From positions 32,001 through 96,000 of IMG/VR virus record IMGVR_UViG_3300009159_008968: a stretch of DNA of 64,000 nucleotides; one strand, 5' to 3'. This document shows positions 31,701-40,956 of the stretch, piece after piece. The stretch comes from a virus. The notes below the pieces were generated by a model that had not been told where the DNA came from, did no database searches, and saw only the letters and a program-made list of their open reading frames with translations. Numbering within the stretch: position 1 is the first letter of the stretch; every line of letters starts with the position of its first letter. The position numbers and the translations under genes were made by a program.

Positions 31701-34700
31701 GACCCATCGAAGCTAAAGCTCCAAATGACTTTTTCAACATTGGAGTAGTCATTGAAAGAGATAAAGCTATATTAGTAAGTTTATTAACATCAATCGGTGT
31801 AGTAGAAGCAAAATATTTTGTAATTTGATTTATACCTCTAGCAACTCCGATTGCAGGTAGAATTGTAAATGCAGAACCAGCTAATTTACCAAGAGAAAAA
31901 AAGAATGGTTTTGAAACATTTGAAAGTGTATCAGATAGCGTGATTAATGCTTTTTCTTTAATTGTAGAAACTGTTGCTAAGTATTTTGATATTTGATTTA
32001 TACCTGCTGCAACTCCTATGGCTGGAGCAACTTGCAAAATTGATGCGCCAAGTTTACCTAATGACCAGAAGAAAGGTTTTGCTATTTTTGACAAAACTGA
32101 AGAAGCATTTAAAAGTTTTGCAGAATCTAATGCAGGTACTCCAAAAAGTGCTTTTGTTACTTCTAAAATTCCTTTAGCTGCTAAATAAGCTGGTCCTGCT
32201 GTTGCAACTGTAGGAGCTAATTTACCCATAGATACAGTAAAAGGCCAAGCTATTTTTGATAAAACGGATGCAGTAGTTAAAAGAGTTGCTGGATTTAGAA
32301 AAGGTATATTTTTCAATGTTTGTGTAACTCCCAATATTCCTAATGCTGCAGCCATTGCTGGGACAACAGCTACAGCTGCTGGTGCTAATAACCCTAATGA
32401 TGTAGTAAAGGGCCAAGCTATTTTAGATAAAACCGAAGCAGTGATTAAAAGAACTGCAGGATTTAAAAATGGTACTGATTTTAATGTTTTTGTTACAACT
32501 AATATTCCAGCAGCTGCCACTACTGCAGGAGCAACAAAAACTGAAACTGTTGCAATTTTTGCCATTGATTTTGCAAATGGAAAGGAAATAATAGATAAGA
32601 CTTTAGAAGTCATTATTAAGAAAACAGGATTTAATAATGGAACAGATTTTAATATTTTAGTTACTGCTAAAATACCAGCTGCTGCTACTATTGCTGGCAC
32701 AGTAAATATTGCTAATGAACCTAATTTTGCTAATGATTTAGAGAATGGCCAAGATACTCTTGATAGAATCGATGAGGTCATTATCAATGTTATAGGATCT
32801 AACATTGGAACAGACTTTAATATTCTAGTAACCGATAAAATACCTATTGCTGCTAATATTGCAGGTCCGGTAAATATTGCTAATGAACCTAATTTTGCTA
32901 ATGATTTAGAAAATGGAAAAGATACTTTTGATAGAATCGATGAGGTCATTATCAATGTAACCGGATTTAATGGAGCAACTCTTGATAACAATCTTGTTAC
33001 CATCATTATTCCTAATGCTGCTACTACTGCAGGACCAGTGAATATTGCTAATGAACCTAATTTTTTTAATGATTTAGCAAAAGGTTCTGATACATTTGTT
33101 AAAACCATTGAAGTTATTTTTAAGGTAACAGGATTTAATGGAGCAATTTTTGATAATAATTTTGTTACCATCATTATTCCCGAAGCTGCTTTTACTGCAG
33201 AACCAGTCAACATCGATAATAATCCTAATTTTAATAATCCTTTAGAAAATATACCTGATGACATTGATATTGATTGAGCTGCCGTCATTAATTTTAATGG
33301 TGAAACAGGAGATACTTTTGATAATGATTTTGTAATTGACAACAAACCATAAGCTGCTATAACTGCAGGACCTGTAAGTACACTAACAAGACCTAATTTA
33401 AACAATCCTTTTGCTAATGGTCCAGCTATTATTGATATAACATTAGCAGCTCCTATTAAAACCCCAGCTTTTAAAGGTGTAATCTTATTCAATATTTTTG
33501 TAATAGCTAAAATACCAATTGATGCTATCATTGCTAATGGAGCAAAAAATCCTGCCAATCCTAATTTTAATAATCCTTTAGCAAATGGACCAGAAACTAC
33601 AGCTAATGTAGCTGCTGCCATCATTAATACTGGAGCTTTTAAAGGAGTAATTTTATTTAATATTACAGTTATTCCTAATATACTAGCAGCTGCAACTAAT
33701 GCTGTTGGTGCAAATACTCCCAATAAACCTAATTTAAATAATGCTTTTCCAAATGGTCCAGAAACTTGATTTAAAACTGTTGCTGTTAAAATTAAAAAAG
33801 CAGGGTTTAATTTAGGTACTACACTTAATGCTTTTGTGACACCTAAAATACCTACTGCTGCTAATAATGCAAGTGGCGTAAGTGCTCCAACTGCTTGTAA
33901 TTTAAAAAATGATTTAACAAAAGGCCAAGCAATACTAGATACAACACTAGCTGCTTGTTTCAAACTTTTTTCATTAAGAGAAGGAACAGCTTTTAACATT
34001 TTTGTTACTCCCCAAATACCACCAGCTGCAAGTAAAGCTAAAGGTGTTAAAGCAGCTACCGGTATTAATTTTATAAAAGCTTTAGCATAAGTCCCAGAAG
34101 CAGAAGATAAAGCTGATGCATTAGCACTAAGTGTTTTTGTATTTATTAAAGGAATGTTTTTTAACAATCTTGATATTAAATTAATTCCACCAGCAGAAAC
34201 AACACCTAAAGCTACAAACGGACTTATTGCTCCAAGTTTTATTAAACCAAAAATCATAGCTGCAGAAACTGCTCCTAATGACATTCCAAACGCTTCTATT
34301 TTTTTAGTATCAACAATCGAAATACTTCCTAATGCTTTTGATATAGCCCATATTCCACCAGCAGAAACAATTCCAAGAACAACAAATGGACTTATTGCTC
34401 CAAGTTTTATCAATCCCCACATCATTTTCTCACTAACCAATCCCATACTTTCTCCAAAATTTTGAAGACTCTTAAGATTTATTACTTTAATTCTTGACAA
34501 AGCTTGAGATATGGCCCATATACTACCTGCTGAAACCATTGCCAAAACTGCATATGGTGCAATTGCTCCTAATTTAATTAAACCTTTAATCATAGTTCCA
34601 GAAATTGCTCCTAAACTTTGACCAAATTGACTTATTTTTTTAACATCAACAGCAGAAATATTTTTTAATGCTACGGCAACTACCATTAATGATGTTGCTG

Positions 34701-37521
34701 AAACCATAGCTAAAACTGCTGGTCCTGCTGCCAATCCTAATTTTACAAGACCCCAAGCAATTGATCCCATTGAATCACCAACTTGTGATATTATTTTTGG
34801 ATTTATTCCTTTTGCAGCAGCTAATCCACGTAATAAATAACCAAAAGCAATCATTCCCGGAACCGCAATTAAACTAGCAGCACCAAAAACCAACAATGCA
34901 GGAGATATTAATAATAAAGCACCTCCTATCGTAACCATTCCAGCAGCAGCTCTAAATAAACTTCCTGAATATTTTCCAAGTTGCATGAACGATGTTACTA
35001 ACATACTAAATCCTTTTGCAGCAAAATAAATTCCTCCACCAACCATTAATAGACTAGCTCCTAATGCTAATAAACCAACAGCACCTGCAGTACCGGCAGC
35101 AGCCAAAGCAGCAACTGCACCAACCATAAGATATAACATGGCTACAAATCCACCCATAACAACACCTATAGCTGCTAATGCCATACCAGCATTTCTACTT
35201 TCATTAAATGCTCTAACCAAATTTGCAAATCCATTAGCAGCTAATTGAATTCCTTTACCTATCATCAATAAAGCAAGTCCAAGAGCAACTATCGCTGCTG
35301 CAACTGCAAGAATTTGTGCTGGATTTGGAAGACTTCTTGTAAAGCCACCCATTCCAGTTTGTTTTCCCGGCACAGAAGTAGGGGTCGCCATTTTTGAAGA
35401 TGGGACGAGTGATTCTGCGGCTTTTTTACCAGCTCCACCCTTAAAAGCTGAACTTAATTTTGATCCTAAGCCAGAAAGCATTTTAACCGGAGCTGTAAAC
35501 GCTCTAAATAAACCTCCAAAAAATCTTGCCATTGCAGCTGGACCAAAAGTCAACATTAAAACAGTGGTTAAAAGAAGCATTGGTTTTGCCCAAACTGCTG
35601 CTTTTGCACCAAATATATTTCCTATAAATTTTTGAAAACCATCTAAACCTCTTTGGAGAATACCAAATATTTTTTTCATTTGATCTAAAATTGGTCTAAA
35701 AGCAAGCATTTCATTATGTAGACCCTGAATAAAGGCAGTCATTGTTTCTTGGAAACTCTGAGTTGCTTTAGCTCTTTTTTCTGCATTTAAAGCTTCAGTC
35801 TTTCCAGCATTCATTTGTGCTTGTATAGAGTTTCTACCTATACCTTTTAAATCTTGTATTCCATTAAGACCCTCAAATTTCCATTTACCGCCCTTATTAA
35901 CCATTTTGGACATGAGGAAATCTTTTTCTTCGTCACTTAAACTATTGAAAACTCCCGGCGGTAATGCAGCTTTTTTCGCTTGATCTTGTAATTTTGATGT
36001 TAATTGATTTGTTAATTGTTCAACATCTTGACCAGTTGCCTCTGCGATACCTTTTAATCTTCTACGATCCATTCCGGTAAATTTAATTAAGCCATCTGAG
36101 CCAATTTTACCAATATCAGATGTCATTCTACCAGTAATGTCTATTAATGCATCACCACCTTCTTCAGCTGCCCTCATTAAATCAGTAAAAGAAACTTGAG
36201 AAGCAGCACCTCCTAATAAACTAAGATCAGCAGAAGCCTCAAGTGCTGTATTTAAATCTAAGAATTTATCACTCATGTCAAGTGTTTTACCCAAATCCAT
36301 ACCCATCTTTTCAGCTTTAGCTGCCATTTTTGCAAGAGATTCTTCACCGCCTTTAAATCCCATTCTTGCGTATTTTGGAAATACGTCAGCAAATACTTTT
36401 CCTACTTTCGTTACATTTACTCCGAATCTATTAGCTGATTGTTGTATACTAGTAAATGCATGCTTTGCTCTTTCAGCATTAGCACCAAAAAACATCATTT
36501 TACCAGCAATATCTCCAACGGTTTCTACAGCAATACCAGTTGCTTGTGGAATTGCAGCTAAGGCCTTTGCAGTTTCAGCTACATTTTGAATGTTATTTGT
36601 TCTTGCTTCTTCTGCTAAATTTTTAACCAAACCAAATGATTGGTCCATGGTTAATCCAAATTGAGTACCTTTCTTAACCATGCCCTGCATTGCTGCATCT
36701 GCTTTAGCAAAACCTTGAACTGGTACTCCAAACTCTCTCTTAATATTCGATAATTTATTATCGAATTCCATAATATGATCAATTATACTTCTTAAGTTCA
36801 TATAATTAAGAAGATTACTGCCAATTTGTTTAAATAAACTTCCCCAATTAAATATAACTTTTGTAGTTTTTTGAGCTGCAGGCTCAAATGATTCTAATTG
36901 TTGTCTAAAATTTATTGCAGATTTTTCTCCTTGTCCTCCGGGTTTTAACCAATCTTTCATTCCTCCAAAACCCTTTTTATCTTTCATAAAATTTTGGAGA
37001 TTTTTCATTCCTTCATCCCCAAACTTCCTATAAAATGTTGCAATATCTCCAGTCTTAAATGCTTTTTGCATTTCATTACCCATTTCAGGGAATGAAGATT
37101 TAAATTCACTAATTAAAGAATTTAGATTAATTTGTGCTTGTATATCTTTTGGATCTGGAAGTGCACTACGAAAAGAATCATTAAACTCTGCTGATATATT
37201 AGCGGCAATTTCAGGAGCTGATGTTTCAAGATCAGAAAACATAGTAGAAATATCCCTAGTCGTTTGTTCAACTTCAACTTGTATCTTTTGGAACATACTG
37301 CCCAAACGAAGACCAAAGTTTTCCCCAACATTATCAAGACCTTCTTGCATTTCCCCAAAAGCTTCTGTAGTTTCTTCAGTTGCTTTAATGGTTTTCCTAT
37401 TCTCTGCTTGTAATTTTTTCAATAGAGCAATTTGCTCTTTGGTTAAATTACCAGCACGAATGAGGTTTTCTATTTCTTGATTTGTGTCTCTTGAGGCCAT
37501 TAAAAATAAATATAGTCTCAA
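28798..37521 (-). CDS. Tail tape measure protein (likely start ATG 37500, ~2900 aa)
   Basis: Charged helical N-terminal ~600 aa, then Ala/Gly/Leu/Lys-rich amphipathic repeats; C-terminal IQIDLKLNGRQL is typical of tape measure ends; lies next to baseplate genes. The ORF-track start is TTG. Confidence 0.88.
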   Translation of the reverse strand: MRLYLFLMASRDTNQEIENLIRAGNLTKEQIALLKKLQAENRKTIKATEETTEAFGEMQEGLDNVGENFGLRLGSMFQKIQVEVEQTTRDISTMFSDLETSAPEIAANISAEFNDSFRSALPDPKDIQAQINLNSLISEFKSSFPEMGNEMQKAFKTGDIATFYRKFGDEGMKNLQNFMKDKKGFGGMKDWLKPGGQGEKSAINFRQQLESFEPAAQKTTKVIFNWGSLFKQIGSNLLNYMNLRSIIDHIMEFDNKLSNIKREFGVPVQGFAKADAAMQGMVKKGTQFGLTMDQSFGLVKNLAEEARTNNIQNVAETAKALAAIPQATGIAVETVGDIAGKMMFFGANAERAKHAFTSIQQSANRFGVNVTKVGKVFADVFPKYARMGFKGGEESLAKMAAKAEKMGMDLGKTLDMSDKFLDLNTALEASADLSLLGGAASQVSFTDLMRAAEEGGDALIDITGRMTSDIGKIGSDGLIKFTGMDRRRLKGIAEATGQDVEQLTNQLTSKLQDQAKKAALPPGVFNSLSDEEKDFLMSKMVNKGGKWKFEGLNGIQDLKGIGRNSIQAQMNAGKTEALNAEKRAKATQSFQETMTAFIQGLHNEMLAFRPILDQMKKIFGILQRGLDGFQKFIGNIFGAKAAVWAKPMLLLTTVLMLTFGPAAMARFFGGLFRAFTAPVKMLSGLGSKLSSAFKGGAGKKAAESLVPSSKMATPTSVPGKQTGMGGFTRSLPNPAQILAVAAAIVALGLALLMIGKGIQLAANGFANLVRAFNESRNAGMALAAIGVVMGGFVAMLYLMVGAVAALAAAGTAGAVGLLALGASLLMVGGGIYFAAKGFSMLVTSFMQLGKYSGSLFRAAAGMVTIGGALLLISPALLVFGAASLIAVPGMIAFGYLLRGLAAAKGINPKIISQVGDSMGSIAWGLVKLGLAAGPAVLAMVSATSLMVVAVALKNISAVDVKKISQFGQSLGAISGTMIKGLIKLGAIAPYAVLAMVSAGSIWAISQALSRIKVINLKSLQNFGESMGLVSEKMMWGLIKLGAISPFVVLGIVSAGGIWAISKALGSISIVDTKKIEAFGMSLGAVSAAMIFGLIKLGAISPFVALGVVSAGGINLISRLLKNIPLINTKTLSANASALSSASGTYAKAFIKLIPVAALTPLALLAAGGIWGVTKMLKAVPSLNEKSLKQAASVVSSIAWPFVKSFFKLQAVGALTPLALLAAVGILGVTKALSVVPKLNPAFLILTATVLNQVSGPFGKALFKLGLLGVFAPTALVAAASILGITVILNKITPLKAPVLMMAAATLAVVSGPFAKGLLKLGLAGFFAPLAMIASIGILAITKILNKITPLKAGVLIGAANVISIIAGPLAKGLFKLGLVSVLTGPAVIAAYGLLSITKSLSKVSPVSPLKLMTAAQSISMSSGIFSKGLLKLGLLSMLTGSAVKAASGIMMVTKLLSKIAPLNPVTLKITSMVLTNVSEPFAKSLKKLGSLAIFTGPAVVAALGIMMVTRLLSRVAPLNPVTLIMTSSILSKVSFPFSKSLAKLGSLAIFTGPAILAAIGILSVTRILKSVPMLDPITLIMTSSILSRVSWPFSKSLAKLGSLAIFTVPAIVAAAGILAVTKILKSVPLLNPVFLIMTSKVLSIISFPFAKSMAKIATVSVFVAPAVVAAAGILVVTKTLKSVPFLNPAVLLITASVLSKIAWPFTTSLGLLAPAAVAVVPAMAAALGILGVTQTLKNIPFLNPATLLTTASVLSKIAWPFTVSMGKLAPTVATAGPAYLAAKGILEVTKALFGVPALDSAKLLNASSVLSKIAKPFFWSLGKLGASILQVAPAIGVAAGINQISKYLATVSTIKEKALITLSDTLSNVSKPFFFSLGKLAGSAFTILPAIGVARGINQITKYFASTTPIDVNKLTNIALSLSMTTPMLKKSFGALASMGLVIIPAIAAALGLVKITNILKSAIPLDFKKMSNIAYTLSSTSGRIAKGLAKLALVGFYAIPAIAATASLAVVTTLLNKSSYISYRKMSNIGFTLNNTAGPIAKGLAKLSLVSLVAIPAIAAAKSISVVTKFLNTSSDLSYKKLSNIGFTLNSTSGAIAKGLAKLALVGFVAIPAVAAAASLVVVTRLLNLSSNLDMKKMSNIGLTLNNTSGPIAKGLAKLALVGVFTLPAIIASTGLIVVTKLLSKTTSIDFKKMFNIGFVLNSTAGSILKGLIKFSGISLFVLPAIAASAGVMKISTFLSRVSLVSGEKLIKLGSALSSSAGKLFMGLMKFSGISILTVPAIAGSIGLVTITKLLNLASPINLVKLVTIGTAINSASGPIAKGLLKLGLAGTFAIPAITAATSLVLITKLLKSTSDVNFKLLSNVGNTLNSVSGPITKGLLKLSTAGLFILPAIIAAKGIATVSNILKNISPINSKTLTNIGTSLTSSGSSLSSGVRKIGFASIFIIPAIIAAKGLVTISKLINQILPINSKNLASIGTVLNSNASNVFKGVIKLGSSNILLLPAIIAAKLLVVLSKIINQIPVTLSKGLSSIGSVINKESGQIFKGLIKLSSINLAILPAIIAAKSLVKLSKILSSVQQIQVKNLSSISTSLSSTSTPILKSLLKFATITFAIAPAILTAYGLRKLSRILLSIAIIDSKPIVGLAETLSASGKNMLTAITLWSVITPFIVPAIIAAAGVSRIFRSLAAVSRLDLKGLAISAPILGGLTPTLLKFSSIGLVAPLLFSASLALATLGRSLQKASIGFVTFASIPWTIIGTALPTLNGLLSTLINFGFKGLLAAPGILAMAATFGVLGRSLTGLSSNFALSTQSMSNYSKESERLKTVANAPKPVITDQTNRLKQSAIAQPTVNRTENVAGRTGANNVGGGNSGGGVQVVQIKPIQIDLKLNGRQLQQLIVEANYNRT
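29100..34900 (-). repeat. About 35 tandem 56-aa (168-bp) repeats in the tape measure
   Basis: Homologous anchors at 32702, 32870 and 33038, and at 31190 and 31358, all 168 nt apart. Confidence 0.9.
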
Positions 37522-37542
37522 ATAAATATTTATGAATAAAAA

Positions 37543-37570
37543 AACCCCCTAGTTTTTTTACTAGGGGGTT
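37543..37570 (-). terminator. Rho-independent terminator, possibly bidirectional
   Basis: AACCCCCTAG-N8-CTAGGGGGTT perfect 10-bp stem flanked by A-tracts. Confidence 0.85.
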
Positions 37571-37589
37571 AAAAAAAATATTATATTTT

Positions 37590-38135
37590 TTAAATACTTT
37601 TTCCTCTCATAAAATTTATTAATTCTTTTCTTGGTCTTCGACATTCAAAATCTAAACGTTCAATGGCTCTTTTGGTGTGAGGATATTTTTCAAGATTTCT
37701 AACGGAATCTTCTGTTAAAGCACCAGTTTCAACAAAAAATTTTGCTTTTTCTGTATTTGTTAAACCTTGAATATGGTTATCACGAACTCGGAACCACCAT
37801 GTTAATCCGGGATATTTTGACTCAAAAGATCGTGAATCTTCTAAAACTTGAATTTCGCCTGATCTAATACCTTCTTTAATTTGAGCATTTAATTTAAAAT
37901 CAAGTGGTCCGTTTATTGAATGTGCTCCTCCCATTTGTATCATACCAATAATAAATTCAACGAAACAAAATAAAAAAATTATAACACCCCAATCAGAATC
38001 TCCAAAATTACAACTCATCATTAAATATAAATAAAGACACATTCTTAAAAAGCCCATAAATCTGCTTTCTTCCCTTGGCCATCCAATAAAGTTAGACCAA
38101 GCCCAAATAAATACATTTGCTATGAAATTTCCCAT
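37590..38135 (-). CDS. Predicted membrane protein
   Basis: Two to three hydrophobic N-terminal segments followed by a soluble domain. Confidence 0.7.
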   Translation of the reverse strand: MGNFIANVFIWAWSNFIGWPREESRFMGFLRMCLYLYLMMSCNFGDSDWGVIIFLFCFVEFIIGMIQMGGAHSINGPLDFKLNAQIKEGIRSGEIQVLEDSRSFESKYPGLTWWFRVRDNHIQGLTNTEKAKFFVETGALTEDSVRNLEKYPHTKRAIERLDFECRRPRKELINFMRGKSI

Positions 38136-38151
38136 AATATTAAGATTTTTC

Positions 38152-38184
38152 TAATTTAAACGAAAAAAAAGGAAAATTGTTACA
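38152..38184 (-). promoter_or_regulatory. ECF-sigma-like promoter TGTAAC-N16-CGTTTAAATTA
   Basis: Same elements and same 16-nt spacer as at 43458-43490. Confidence 0.65.
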
Positions 38185-38219
38185 CTTTTTTAATTGATTT
38201 ATTATCAATTACTTATATA

Positions 38220-39302
38220 TTATACTGTAATGCTGGGGTTGCTGATTTTTGATAAACTTTTTAGTTCATCATAAAAATTATTGATTTTTGAATCAATCAT
38301 TTTAAAATATTTAAACAAATCATCTATCTCTGATAAAATATCATCCAAATCACCATTCTGATCAATTTTAGATTTTATTTTATAAATTTCATCAGATTTA
38401 ATATAAGAACTTCCTCCCATTCCCTGTTTTAATTCAATTGTGGAAAGATACTTTTTTATTCTATACAATTCAGGAATAAAATTAATTAATTTTTTATTAT
38501 CTGACTTTTTTATTCTATTTTCTAATTCATCAAAGTTTTCAAATTTAAATTTAGAATCAAAATTATTTTTTGTTTGCTTGATTAAATCTTGAAGACTTTT
38601 AAATTTATTTAATATCTCATTTTTAGACAAAGAAGGTTTAATTCTATTAAGTGCTTTTGAACCTGCAAATTTTCCATAAAATTTTCCAGTATACCACTCA
38701 CCATCAAAATTTAAAGGTTGATTAAATCTGTTGGCATATAATTTACCTGAAATTTTTTTTGCTTCGTAACTAGCACCATCATGAAAAAGCCATCCTATTC
38801 CATACAAATCTCTATTAATATCATAGCATACAAAATCTTTTACTCCTATCTTTCTAAAAGATCTCATTCCCTCGCCTCTAATTGTATTTTCAATATAAAC
38901 ATCTGAATAATCAATAATATTTTTATCTCCATTTATTGAAATCCCTCCACCTGACAAGTAAGATATTCTGCCTTTTTTTACTGGTTTTTTATTATTTTTT
39001 TCTTTAGTACTTTTTTCAACATAATTGGGATCACAAAAACTAGGGTCTAACAATTTGTTTTTTTGATTTTGTATCTTTAATTGTAGCTCTATATCTGCCT
39101 TTCTAGCAAATTCCTCTTTGTCTTTATTAGATAAATTAATTAAAGATGTTTTACCCTTTTTTTTATATGAACCTGTAAGACCATCATTTTTATTAGATGA
39201 ACTAAAAAATTTGGCAATTTTTCCAAATATTTCATCTATTCTATTTTGATGATTTTTGTGAGTATTAATAGGATTTTTCATTACTATAATAAATATAAAC
39301 AA
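38220..39302 (-). CDS. Hypothetical protein (likely start ATG 39281)
   Basis: Long K-rich ORF; TATTTAT at 39289-39295 lies just upstream of the internal ATG. Confidence 0.65.
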   Translation of the reverse strand: MFIFIIVMKNPINTHKNHQNRIDEIFGKIAKFFSSSNKNDGLTGSYKKKGKTSLINLSNKDKEEFARKADIELQLKIQNQKNKLLDPSFCDPNYVEKSTKEKNNKKPVKKGRISYLSGGGISINGDKNIIDYSDVYIENTIRGEGMRSFRKIGVKDFVCYDINRDLYGIGWLFHDGASYEAKKISGKLYANRFNQPLNFDGEWYTGKFYGKFAGSKALNRIKPSLSKNEILNKFKSLQDLIKQTKNNFDSKFKFENFDELENRIKKSDNKKLINFIPELYRIKKYLSTIELKQGMGGSSYIKSDEIYKIKSKIDQNGDLDDILSEIDDLFKYFKMIDSKINNFYDELKSLSKISNPSITV

Positions 39303-39338
39303 AAAAAAAAGACCGAATTAAATCCAGTCTTTTTTTTG
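39302..39338 (-). terminator. Rho-independent terminator
   Basis: Minus strand AAAAAAAGACTGGA-loop-TTCGGTC followed by a poly-T run. Confidence 0.7.
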
Positions 39339-39359
39339 CAGTCTCAGAAGTCTTTTATA

Positions 39360-39542
39360 TTATTCTTTCTCAGTTTTCATGTTGTCGGAAATATTTTTTC
39401 TTGTTTCCTTAACAAACTTACCAATTTCTTGTAAGATTTTTCTAGCTCTACGTCCGGCAACTTTTTTTCCTTTGTCTTCAAACGAAGTCATCTCGGTAAC
39501 AAATTGCTCTACAAGCTGCTGTAATTGTTCTCTTGAATTCAT
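39360..39542 (-). CDS. Histone H1-like (Hc1 family) nucleoid-associated protein
   Basis: GKKVAGRRARKILQEIGKFVKETRK resembles the GNKAAGTRARK...EFRK core of Bacteroidota/Chlamydia Hc1-like proteins. Confidence 0.75.
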   Translation of the reverse strand: MNSREQLQQLVEQFVTEMTSFEDKGKKVAGRRARKILQEIGKFVKETRKNISDNMKTEKE

Positions 39543-39568
39543 GTTTTTAAATTTTATGTTTATACAAA

Positions 39569-39943
39569 TTAAATACTTTTTATTAATAATTCCAAATTTT
39601 TTTCAGCTTTTTCAACTAAATTAGTTCTTATTTCAAACTCAATATCATCATTTTTCTGAAGAAATTTTTGACTTAACTCTAAAAACTCGTTATCACTTAT
39701 GTCAAAAGAAGAAAATTCTATATAACTTCCAACGATAATACTAATCTTTGGCTTATCTCCTTGTAATTTAAAAATTTGTATAACACAAAGAATTGGCTCT
39801 TCTAAAAACGATGGCAATTGAACGCTATAAGAGCTAATTAATGGGGTTTCTGACACTTCATGTGCCACATCAGGAGTCATGTTTTTAATTGATAAATCCC
39901 ATACTTTGATCAAAGTATCTTTATTAAATTCAGTTCTATTCAT
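39569..39943 (-). CDS. Hypothetical protein
   Basis: 124-aa ORF, no motif recognised. Confidence 0.6.
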   Translation of the reverse strand: MNRTEFNKDTLIKVWDLSIKNMTPDVAHEVSETPLISSYSVQLPSFLEEPILCVIQIFKLQGDKPKISIIVGSYIEFSSFDISDNEFLELSQKFLQKNDDIEFEIRTNLVEKAEKNLELLIKSI

Positions 39944-39991
39944 TTTAAATATTTTTTATAAAAATAACATTTTTATTCTAAAAACAAATAA

Positions 39992-40945
39992 TTAACCACG
40001 CTTTGCTTTATCAGCAGCAGATTGTTCTGCTTGATTACGTTTTTCAATTTCTTCTGATATTCTTTGTAAAGACCAACGTCTTTCAACTGTAGACATATTA
40101 TAAATATCTGACCTATTAACTCCTTTACCATAATACCAAATAAGGAATATTTCTTCCCATAAATTTGATTTATATGATGGATCTAAAGAGAATATTGAAT
40201 TATCTATATACACAAAACTAGTATACTCATGACTACAGTTTTGACATACAATTTTTATATTACTATCAATACCGGGCTCTACCAATTCCATATACTCTCT
40301 CAAATCAGTTGAATCTTTAATAGGGAATTTTTTAATAACTTTTTTTATATAATCTTTATCAGTAATTCCATTTATTGAATGAATTTGTTTTTGAAATTTT
40401 AAAGTAACATTAGAATTGTAAGTTTTATTAGATTTTTTTTCTTCCTCTATTGCTAAGTTTATTTCTTTTTCATGTTTAAGTCTCATTGGTTCAAATTTCA
40501 CATAAACTTTTTCTCCATTTAATTTCATTTTTGGCATTGTGAAATTAAAAAATCCATTTTCATCTGGTTTTTCTTCCACTTCTTTAACAGGTAAACTAGA
40601 AAGTTCAAATTTAGTTTCTCCTGTAGTACTACAATTAGGACAATGTGTTGCTATAGGAAAATTATCTCCATATGATGTAGATCTTAAATAGACCAACATT
40701 GATTGTTTATCTCCAACCAACAATTCATCAAGAGGAAAATCTTTGTTAATAATAACTGATTCCATAACAAGTTCTAACCCATAACCATTTTCCATTAAGG
40801 AAGGTTGAGTTAGAATGTTCTCTTCTCTTGCTGTAATATATTTTACATAAAGAGTTGCTGTTCCTGAAGAATAAAAATGTCCCATACTCGGCAGTGTTAA
40901 TGCGTCAAATGGGACATCTATATTTTTAAAATAATCTATATTCAC
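39992..40945 (-). CDS. Baseplate hub assembly chaperone, T4 gp26-like (paralog 1, extended C-terminus)
   Basis: LTLPSMG.FY, YITAREENILT, VGDKQ.ML.YLR..SYG, CPNC, CQNC. Confidence 0.78.
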   Translation of the reverse strand: MNIDYFKNIDVPFDALTLPSMGHFYSSGTATLYVKYITAREENILTQPSLMENGYGLELVMESVIINKDFPLDELLVGDKQSMLVYLRSTSYGDNFPIATHCPNCSTTGETKFELSSLPVKEVEEKPDENGFFNFTMPKMKLNGEKVYVKFEPMRLKHEKEINLAIEEEKKSNKTYNSNVTLKFQKQIHSINGITDKDYIKKVIKKFPIKDSTDLREYMELVEPGIDSNIKIVCQNCSHEYTSFVYIDNSIFSLDPSYKSNLWEEIFLIWYYGKGVNRSDIYNMSTVERRWSLQRISEEIEKRNQAEQSAADKAKRG

Positions 40946-40956
40946 ATACTATAAAA

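Noticed and set aside
29264-36589. Long plus-strand ORFs opposite the tape measure (e.g. 30365-31285, 32441-33277)
   Set aside because: Antisense shadows of a repetitive, compositionally biased gene. They mirror the 168-nt period and have no start signals or domains.
20072-37521. Tandem repeats as a CRISPR array or as diversity-generating retroelement TR/VR pairs
   Set aside because: The repeats are in-frame, degenerate at synonymous positions and lack unique spacers. There is no reverse transcriptase or adenine-specific mismatch pattern in the window.
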